The position numbers and the translations under genes were made by a program. The notes below the pieces were generated by a model. That model ran no database searches. It was not told the origin of the DNA and worked only from the letters and a program-made list of their open reading frames with translations. Shown here one piece after another: positions 53,997-63,492 of a DNA stretch of 64,000 nucleotides (its first letter is position 1; every line of letters starts with the position of its first letter). This DNA is from Azolla caroliniana (Eukaryota > Plantae > Polypodiophyta). The stretch covers positions 16,492,001-16,556,000 of the forward strand of contig JBHGNT010000010.1 in assembly GCA_043228905.1 (NCBI GenBank), written 5' to 3'.

Positions 53997-56900
53997 TCAT
54001 AATATATTAGTTGTTGTCAACAAGACTTGGATTTCTTCATTGCCGATATTGCTCATGTTTCCTGATGTTATTTGAGCATAGAAGTTTTGCAGAGCCATGG
54101 TAAAATGAGTAAAAATATTGTATATCTTCTTGATAAAGTCTAGATTCATTGCCGTTGGTGTGTCCTCTGTAGGCACATAAATCTGTAAGTTGAATTCAAA
54201 TTATGACTTTAATATTGTAAGATTTTATACTGTAAGTTCATTCTTCAAGAAGCAAATGTGCAATGAAGCCTCAAATTCCTTAACAAAATAATCCAACTCC
54301 TGAAACAATAATTTGTGATAGCTCAAAAAGGGGAGTGTTTCCTTACTACTGTTAGTGGATAGTTCATCCATTGGGATGATATCATCAAAATATGGCCCAC
54401 ATTGCTTCAACAATTTGCACAAATTCTGGTTACCCTCCAAATGGGATTGATGAAACAGTCTATACTTCAATAACACCCGATATTTTCTGTTTATCATCAT
54501 TAACACCTGAAAACCTAAATTTTCCTAGCAAGCTAAGAAGAATTTCAAGCATTTTATCTACAACAGACTCAAAGACTTGGCAACTCATCAGGAGATGATC
54601 TCAAAAAAGAAACAAAACGTTGTAAAAAGAGGAATACTTAGATCAAAAAGTATATTCCCATTGTTTCTACAAAATACAGAAGTGGAATTTTGACATTGGC
54701 AATTGAAACAGTATTTTGGTATCCAAATAGAGGTATTTCAGACATCACTAACAGCTAAAGTTCAAGTACAATCGGAAGAAAATCAGGCACTAGAGGGTAA
54801 CTTGGCCGATCTTGTAATGCGCTTGTTGTTGGTGCCAGATTTTACATTCTTCTTTATCTTAAAGCCTTTAGGTATGAGCTGACTAAGTGGCACTTCATCA
54901 TCAGAGGCATCAGAGATAGGCGTGGATGCGCGGGCACCTTGTACTGGTGGCAAGCTTGAGAGAGCAACTGTGTTTTCTGCAACTGCAATGCTTGTACACA
55001 AATCCACAAAGGTGCTGTCGATAGTCAAATTATCACTCATCTTTATTCCCCTATCATCATCAATGATGCCTGTACACTCGTTCTTATTAGACTCCTGTAT
55101 GTGGACTATGGCAGTAGTCATGGTCAACTCCACTTGTACGGTGGCTGTCAACTCATTCTTAAGACTACGTGTACAATCAGGCTTATCTGTACAATCAGGC
55201 TTATCTTCAGGGAAAGCGATGTTCTTTCCACGATCCATTTGGGCATTCTCAGTACAATCAAGCTCCTCTTCATTACTAGCAATGTTCTTTCCATACTCCT
55301 CATCAGAATCTTTAGACAGTACTAGCACATTATCAGTAGACACTACTAACACATTATCAGTACAATCAGTCTGCTCTTCAGTACTTGCCATATTCTTTCC
55401 ACACTCTTCATGGGCTTCAGTCTTCTCTTCAGTACTTGCCATATTCTTTCCACACTCTTCATGAGCTTCAATCTTCTCTTCAGTACTTGCCATATTCTTT
55501 CCAGAGTCTTCATAGGCTTCAATCTTCTCTTCAGTACTTGCCATATTCTTTCCAGACTCTTCATGGGCTTCAATCTTCTCTTCAGTACTTGCCATATTCT
55601 TTCCACACTCCTCATGGGCTTCTTTAGACATACTGTTGTTTGGACATGCCAGCTGCTCTTCACATATGAATGCTTCGTTTTTCTCACAATCCTCATGTGT
55701 GGAAGATGTGCTTCCAGAATCTGCCTCCGTGGAAAGGTTAATCCCAGAATCTGACTCTGCACTTGTGCTCCATGAAGTTCCCGATTCAGGCTGCTCTTGT
55801 AAACCTAATTAATGGGATTCCAAACAATATTAGTATCAACTCACATACTCAAAAGTTTGCAAACAATGAACATAGGGTTTTGGGCCACATTTTTACCTAA
55901 TGTTACATGGTCATATTGTACAGCCGTAGATACCCCATTGCAAGTGGTGGGCTCGGTCATCTTCTCCACAACATCTAGGTGCTCAACAGTGTTGCTATGA
56001 TCTATAGAATGCACCAAAAGCAACAATATAATAGGGTTGTTATGAGCTAAATCATTGTTTTCAAAGTCTGGCTTTTGACGTTTACCTGGGAGTGTGATAA
56101 ATTCGTCTTCACGATCAGGTTTTGAACTCGTATCTCCGTCACCAAATATCATTTCGTCATCAGCTAGCAACACAAGTACATGGTATTAGACAATGGATTA
56201 GGTTGACAACGCTCCTGACAGGTGAGAACTTATATGACTCACCATTGCATTCAACTTTCCTTTTCTTGCCGTTTCCATACAACATTCTTGCAGCATTTCT
56301 CTTCTTACTGGGCTCTATTTCTAAAGACACATCATTTCTCTTCTTAGTGGGCTCTATTTCAAATTGTTGACCGGAGCTTGGGGAATTTGTTTGTAGAAGC
56401 ATATGTTCCACTGCTCCAATGGCCCTTCTCATACATTCATCCTCATCATAAAAATCATAGGTTATTGGTAATGATGGTCCCTGAACCTTGGAATGTGCGG
56501 CAGATATTGAGGGTTTAGGCACAGGGGCTGGTAGTTCCATGACCTTCCCTGGCGTGGAGTTGCTTGACACTACGACATTCATTGCAAGAAACAAAAAAAC
56601 GTTGAACGTTAGTACCATCATCTAAAATATACAATGTAGGTCACAATGTACTCCTCACATAGTTCCTAATTTACTGAACTAGTACTAATAAGGAACAATG
56701 TACTGCTCACTTAGTTCCCAATTTACACAAGTAGTACTAATCATGCACAATATACACAAGTAGTACTAATCATGCAGAATATACTACTCACTTAGTTACC
56801 ATGTTACACAAGGAGTACTAATCCCGAACAATGTACCACTGTACTAATCATGAACAATGTACTACTCACTTGTTTCCTAAATTAGTGGACTAGTACTTAT

Positions 56901-59257
56901 AAGGAACAATGTACTGCTCACTTAGTTCGCAAATTACACAAATAGTACTAATCATGCACAATATACACAAGTAGTACTAATCATGCACAAGTACTAATCC
57001 CGAAAAATGCACCACTGACTTTGTCAAATTTATAAGTAGTACTAATCTTGAACAATGTACTACTCACTTATTTCCTAAATCACTGAACTAGTACTAATCC
57101 CGAACAATGTACTGCTCACTTAGTTCCCAAATTACACAAATAGTACTAATCATGCACAATATACTACTCACTTAGTTACCAATTTACACAAATAAGGTAC
57201 AAATCTAGTACTAATAGGGAACAAAGTACTACTCAGTTCCCAAATTACAAAACTAGTACTAATCATGAGCAATGTACTACTCACTTAGTTACAAAACTAT
57301 TACTAATCATGAGCAATGTACTAGAAACTTAGTTCACAAAGTACAAAACTAGTACTAATCATGAACAATGTAGTAATTACTAAGTACTAATCCAACAAAT
57401 GTAGATTGGTATTTTGCACACAAGTAATACTAAACGTGATATGTGTTCTACACACCTAGTTACATAACTTGTACTAATTACACCAACAGTATTGAACTTG
57501 AACAGTATTAGTACTAAACGTGATATGTGTTTCACACACCTCATTTCCAAATTACAGAAACTGTACTATTATTCAGCAATTTAAGTGACACCTTGTTCCC
57601 AAATTACATTACTAGTACTAATTTCCAAGTTACACAAACAATACTAACAGTCAACAGTGTACTATAAGTATAGTGTTTACTAAACTAATACTAGGCAAGT
57701 TACAATATAGATTGGACGATGTTGTACCTGGTTCCCTTTTAGTACTACTAATTCTGGAAAATATCCCTTCAACTAACTACACATACCAATTATATATTAA
57801 GAGTACTGCCAATACTATCCCATTGTTGTTAGAGATACACTAATACTAATCCATTGTTCTCCTAAATTTTAAGTATGAATTGTGGCATACACTAGTTCTA
57901 GTCCAAATGATAATTGACATTATATAATACAAACAATAGAATAGTAGAGCCACATACCGTACGGGTGTACTTTTAAACCCCAAGCATAGTACCACTCAGC
58001 CGCAATTGTAGTTTTACAGTCCATACATGTATTCTCTTTCTCAAAATGATACTTAGCACATAGCACATGATATGTGTGCAAGCATGGTGTAATCACAACA
58101 TCCATAGCCTCCAGCTTGAATCCGAGGCCACAAAATATACACCTGGAAGATTGCAAACACAAGTTATAATATATTAGCTGCTCACTTATTTATACCATAA
58201 AAGTAGAAATAAATAACTTTTAAAGCTAATACCGTGATATAGCTATACTAGTAATGGTACTTTCTATACCACTTGGGTGCTCAATTACAGATGGACACAA
58301 AGTATCAAAACCATTATGTTTTAAATCCTGCATCAAGCATGCAAGGTTCTCAGAATGCAACTTTAAGGCTGACAACTTATTATCTATTTCTTCATGTGCA
58401 TTCCTGCAAGTATCAAGGTCTGTCATCTGTGAATGTAATTGAGCACCCATATTGTTCAGCTCTTTCTTCAACTCCTCTTTCAACACCTCACTTTCTGAAT
58501 TTTGGATTGTCGATGCAATCCATTCATATGTAGTCTTTATTGAAGAAAATTTCTTTTCTGCCTGTATCTCAGCTGATTTAACTGCTTCCAAATCAGCAAG
58601 TAGTGCTTGTATTCTTGAGCTCATAGAAGCTATGCAACCAGCCATCATCTGTTCATGTTTTTCAGTCATTGTGGCCCGTACCTTTGCCTCTAGAACTTGT
58701 TGGACAGGTGTTGTAGCTGGAATATCCACATGAGAGGTTCCAGATGACTTCAAGCCAGTGTTGGTACTGGAGGACCCTTTGTAATGTTCTGACCGGTGCC
58801 GATTAAAATCTTCCCAATTAACGTCGATGCCACCTTGAACTTCACATGCAAAAGCACGTGCAAAAACAGTACCCACCTCATTGTTAATGATTTGATTTGT
58901 ATCATAAACATGTTCGTATCTCGTCTTCAATAAATTGATGTATTCCCTCTTCAAACCACTCATGTGGAATCCTCGCCTTGTGTCGGGATGTGCTGACCCC
59001 CAGGTTTTTAACAACCACTCTCTCAGCTCTGGGTAAACGTCAGGTCGTGCCCGAAGGAAATAATTCCATCCAAGAGGTGTGTCTCGACTGATGGACTGGT
59101 ACTGCCAGGTCTTCTTTCTCTGTGTTGATGAATTCATCACCCTTTCTCTTGTGGGTGTCTTCTTGCTTTCTTTCATGGGTGTCCTTCTTCCTTCCTTCAC
59201 TGGTGTCTTCACTTTCTCTTTCATCAATGTCTTCTTTATGGGTGTCCTTCTCGTCAT
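53997..59257 (-). CDS. Transposon passenger gene: basic TPxK-repeat N-terminus, unknown domain, coiled coil, RING-H2 finger, long acidic/disordered region with 17-aa repeats and a small C-terminal globular part. Well-supported exons 59257-58233 and 58142-57958; probable further exons about 57772-57728, 56569-56200, 56162-55870, 55804-54800, 54506-54231 and 54183-53997
   Basis: The exon 1/2 splice gives R-CIFC...PCLHTYHVLC...CMDC (C3H2C3). Downstream open frames are bounded by AG acceptors, and the last exon IYVPTEDT...TNIL* ends about 135 bp from the transposase stop. Middle junctions are uncertain and the 3' exons could form a separate gene. Confidence 0.7.
55370..55625 (-). repeat. Coding tandem repeat, 5 x 51 bp (EAHEECGKNMASTEEKI)
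   Basis: Seen in ORF 54783-55631; each unit contains AGTACT. Confidence 0.9.
56640..57420. repeat. Degenerate tandem array (about 30-50-bp units) rich in TAGTACTA, in the passenger-gene intron
   Basis: Repeating tagtactaatcatgaacaatgtactactcacttagttcccaaattacacaaa-like units. Confidence 0.88.
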
Positions 59258-60189
59258 TTTCCTAGTCAACACAATTCTCATCAACACATAGCAAATCAAT
59301 TACCATCAACACATCGCAATTACCATCAACACATAGCAAATCATCACATTGCATGTACAAACCACATGTACAAACCACATAGCAAATCATCACATTGCAA
59401 ATCAACACACAATAACCCTAAATAGTCAAACACACAGAAAATAAAACTCATCCATGTCAAACACACAGAAAATAAAAACAGACGAATAGGAAAGTCAAAG
59501 AAAACGAAAACTTTGTAAATCATCATAACCAACTCCATCACATCGCATGTACAAGCCATGTCCAACATACAAAAACCCAAAATAGTAGGAAAAAAACTCA
59601 TCCATGCCAAACTCACACAAAATAAAAACAGATGGACATGAAACATTAACAAAACAAAAACATAGCAACTCATCATAGCCAACTCCATTTTGGCCACATG
59701 TACAAACATGTCTAACACACAACCACATCGAACAAAATATTGTGATACATTTTTAAAAGAAACACAGAGAAACACAGAGAAAACAAAAACATACCAGTTG
59801 GGCATGCAACACATAGACTATGAATAATCAAAACCTACAAATGGTCATACACATACAAATAAAAAACAGACAGAGAGGAAACATTCAGAAAAAGAATACA
59901 TACCAGTTGGGCATGCAACACAGAGAATACCTGGAGGTCGCTAAACTTGCAGAGGTACCACACCGTCTTGATTTCGATACCTTGGGAGACAAACGAGAAA
60001 ACTTCAGGATGACAAACGAGCAAAACGTCAGAGGCTGCTGCAGAGGAGACAAACGAGCAAACTTCAGAGGCTGCTGCAGAGGAGACAAACTTCAGAGGCT
60101 GCTGCAGAGGCTGCTGCGTATACAGAGTTCAGAGATCGAACCTGGCACAGAGGGGAACACAAGAACAACAACAACGGGGAAACAGAGAA

Positions 60190-60390
60190 TCGAAGGTGGA
60201 GTGAGAGAGAGAAACAGAAAGAAAGAAAGAAAGAGACCTTCGAAGGTGGAGTGAGAGACAGAGAGAAACAGACCTTCGAAGGTGTCTGTCTGACAACTTC
60301 GAGGTAGAAGAGAGAGAGAGAGAGACAGAGAGTGAGTGAGAGACAAAGAGAAACAGACCCTCGACGGTGTCTGTCTGACAACTTCGAGAC

Positions 60391-60450
<60 letters not shown>

Positions 60451-60539
60451 CAGACAGACAGAGAGACAGAGAGACAGAGAGTGAGTGAGAGACAGAGAGA
60501 AACAGACCTTCGAAGGTGTCTGTCTGACAACTTCGAGAC

Positions 60540-60581
<42 letters not shown>

Positions 60582-60800
60582 GAGAGAGAGACATACCAAC
60601 TGACACGTTCGACTACCAATACCAGAGAGAGAGAGATTGACACTGACCACCTGTCACAATGGAAACCTTCTCCAGGTGTGCTTTCGTACAACTCTACCTA
60701 GGAGACTGGGGCAACACTTAATGCATTAAATATGGCCTAGGGACATTCGAGTGTGACGTATAATATCTTTGAACATTCGAGTGTGACGTAATGAATTTGT
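60190..60800. repeat. Right subterminal repeats: (GA)n tracts alternating with ACCTTCGAAGGT palindrome units, then two acattcgagtgtgacgtaat copies
   Basis: Seen directly (palindromes at about 60236, 60272 and 60506; direct repeats at 60744 and 60774). Confidence 0.85.
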
Positions 60801-60880
60801 TTTTGGTTTTTTGAAATTTATTTACAATTTTTAATGTTTCTTTTCTTCTTCGATTTAGTACTAAATTTTTGGCCAAAAGT

Positions 60881-60906
60881 TGGTACACCGTAGCATGCTT
60901 CGACCC
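60881..60906 (-). repeat. Right TIR core
   Basis: tggtacaccgtagcatgcttcgaccc followed by the TSD cata. Confidence 0.92.
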
Positions 60907-62642
60907 CATAGTTATCAGGGTATCCACACTGCTCTCCTCTTCTTCCTTTTGAGAACTCCCATACAAAACTTGTGCAATATTATCTACTCCACATAGGCTA
61001 GCAATGATAGGGTCCTCAAATAGCTCGCCGACAAAATCAATAAGCTCCCTAGGTTCACCAACTACTGGAGAAATAGGTTCATGGGATGCAGGTTGAAAAT
61101 GTTGAGGCTTTAATCCCCGTGTTAATGAAACTCACTTGCTCATCATCCTTTTTAAGTGCAACAACATTTCTGAATAGCTTCAATGCAGATGCAGATGTAC
61201 TACACATTAACAATTTTAAATGGAGATTGCTTTGGCTAAATAGAAACTATATTGATTTCTAAAGACATAGCAAACAATTATAATAATTTACCTGAGCCAA
61301 AGAACAAGTCTAGTATCCTATCTCCTTCATTGGAGAACATTTCAAATGAGAAATATCAATATTAAGTAGAATGTATTGATGGGAAAATCAAAACTCTCCA
61401 TGTAAGATAATATATTCCTTACTAAGCAAGGTTTTCTATCCCATGGCAATGAGATCTCAAGGCTTGTGCTATAGAGTATCCTTGGTCCATGCTATGGAAT
61501 ACGACAATTCTCCATAAGGATATTGTCAGTGGGAAAAGTTTTCATATAAAATATGCTTCATTCATAAAATTTTGCATACATGACGACCTGAATAGGCTAA
61601 CAACATTACAATGGGTCTAGCCATGATGACCTATGAAAACCACAAATAATACAGTCTAAGATTATTTCCACCTTCTCACCCAACATTTTTGCCAAAGGCA
61701 CAAAACTATTACCACTGTTTGCATAACATGTAATCAATGTATTCAATGGTGCCCTACCTGTTATAGGCATGGTAAATTCCCCCCCCCCCCCCCCCACATC
61801 AAACTCATATCAATCAACATCCATGTCCTATATGCCCTATCATCATTGCATTCCATGAAACCACCTATGTAGTTAGAAGCCTGTGGAACACATCTCCTGC
61901 TTCAACAAGGCGGCTAACATGACCATGAGAATTCCATTTCCATCTTTCATAAAATAGTGTGTTACATCTTCCATTTCCAAAGTCTACTCTTTTCATTGCA
62001 ACTTCTGCTGCACCAGAATTCCAATGAATCCTCCTAATTTCTTGCATCTTACCAAAGTTGATTCGTAAACATGAACTCCACAATCGATGAACTTCTCCCT
62101 AAGTAATGTTGCTTCCATGCCTGCACCCATATCTTCTCTAAGTCTGTGCAAAAAATTTCACCATCTTCCCAAGTTGTTTAAACATAAATGGTTCATCATC
62201 GTATGTTGATCCAACCATTCAAAATCTATATGGTATGTCAACAATGAATAATATGTATTCCTTCGTTGGCAATATGTGTATCATCTCAGCCACATCACTA
62301 CAATAGACATTATAGTATAAATATTGGGTGATATCCTTTTTGTGGCTAAATTTCTTAAAAGTGTCATCATCTTCTACACCATATGCCATCACTAAACAGT
62401 AGTCCTTTTCTTTCCGCACTCTTTCAAGATGTGCAAGAAATGATGTAGGAAAATCAATAATATCTTTATTAACTTCTCTCCGTTTCTTACTATCACTATC
62501 TTGGTATATCATTGTTGAACAATATTTCTTTGCCCTCTAACTATACATGGCTTCCTCACATTGAGTAGATTCTAAAGGTGAGTCTCGATTATTCAAACGA
62601 ATTGTCTTGATCGTACACTCATCCTGATTTTCAGTTGACCTT
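60907..62642 (-). pseudogene. Decayed, intron-containing beta-class amino (N6-adenine/N4-cytosine) DNA methyltransferase gene
   Basis: Minus strand, in order: ILFIVDIPY (motif IV-like, D at 62239), then GSTYDDEPF..KQLGKMVKFFAQ / LTISLWRIVVFHS..GYSIAQALRSHCHGIENLA(W) ending at a GTAAG donor, then EMFSNEGDRILDLFFGS-G (motif X/I, 61343-61292) ending at a GT donor, then TSASALKLFRNVVALKKDDEQVSFINTGI (motif II region, from about 61199). It carries stops, frameshifts, a deletion and an insertion of about 0.6 kb. Confidence 0.8.
61530..62143 (-). pseudogene. Inserted fragment containing PPR (PLS-class) gene remnants, splitting the methyltransferase
   Basis: SRLVEAGDVFHRLLTT*VVSWNAMMIGHIGHG and LNTLITCYANSG are typical plant PPR repeat segments; the methyltransferase frame resumes on the far side. 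Confidence 0.7.
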
Positions 62643-62998
62643 CTAGGCGCGAGATCGAAAAATATAGAGAAACTCAATTATATGAACCAATAAGTAATTT
62701 CTAACAACTTATATGTTTAAAGAACAGATTAACTCTAGAAAAGAGCTCTAAATGCCAAAAAGAGACATTGTCAGGTAGATGAGAAATATCACAAAAATGA
62801 ATGAATTTTTGTTAAATAATATGTGAAACAAACACTAAATAATGCAGTAAAAACACTCCCATCAAGAAATTTTTCTAATGGAAAATCTTGGGAAAAAATA
62901 GAAATTCATTACAAAAAAAAGAGTTTTTCTTTGAAAATATACAATTTATTCGGCAACTCAATATTTTTAATATTAAAGCTGAGACTTCATAGTACAAT

Positions 62999-63115
62999 TC
63001 GATACAATGTATCGAGTTCATGTTGAAAACTCAATTTTTAACATGAACTCTGTACATTGTATCGAGTTCTGGTTGAAAGCTTTTCAACACGAACTCAATG
63101 CAATGTATCGAGTTG
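62999..63115. repeat. Foldback array of nested inverted repeats
   Basis: 31-bp arms 62999-63029 and 63035-63065 pair at 28/31 around a 5-nt loop; a second hairpin gagttc...gaactc follows. Confidence 0.85.
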
Positions 63116-63169
63116 TAAAGAATCGGATGGATTCTGTGCAGCGGAAGAAATGTGTGTGTGTGTGTGTGT

Positions 63170-63485
63170 GTGTGTGTGGAGAGAGAAAGCTCACGATTGT
63201 AGAAAAACATAAATTTGTATTACAAAGAAAGCAAGAATAACCAACGACTACAAAGAGAGGGAGAAGGCACTTATGTAGTCACCTTCTCTCTAAGTTCTCT
63301 TACTAGTACCGCCTCTTGGGAAAGAGGTCATGTCTTAACTTCCTAAAGAATATGTGTCATAGAACATTAACTTCTATGACACACTAGTTACTATACAAGG
63401 AGGTGGGGTATTCACACACTCGAGTATCCTAGAGTGTTCTCCCACTCATGGGAAGTTGAGTTTGATTCTCAACACGCCCCTTCAA
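63170..63485 (-). mobile_element. Probable copia-type 3' LTR with PPT on the minus strand
   Basis: Minus strand reads ttgaaggggcg|TGTTGAGA (LTR start 63474), and LTR-like sequence ends in a (CA)n tract. No partner LTR is in the window. Confidence 0.5.
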
Positions 63486-63492
63486 ACACAAC

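Larger units (their letters stand above)
48750..60906 (+). mobile_element. Full-length Sola2-type cut-and-paste DNA transposon (12,157 bp) carrying a second gene
   Basis: TIR gggtagaagcacgctacggtgtacca (48750-48775) matches the reverse complement of 60881-60906 at 24/26. Termini are GGG...CCC, the 4-bp TSD CATA lies at 48746-48749 and 60907-60910, and there is an internal DDD transposase with Sola2-type motifs. Confidence 0.9.

Noticed and set aside
60064-60691. Long Ser/Leu-rich minus-strand ORFs
   Set aside because: Translations of (CT)n tracts in the transposon subterminal region.
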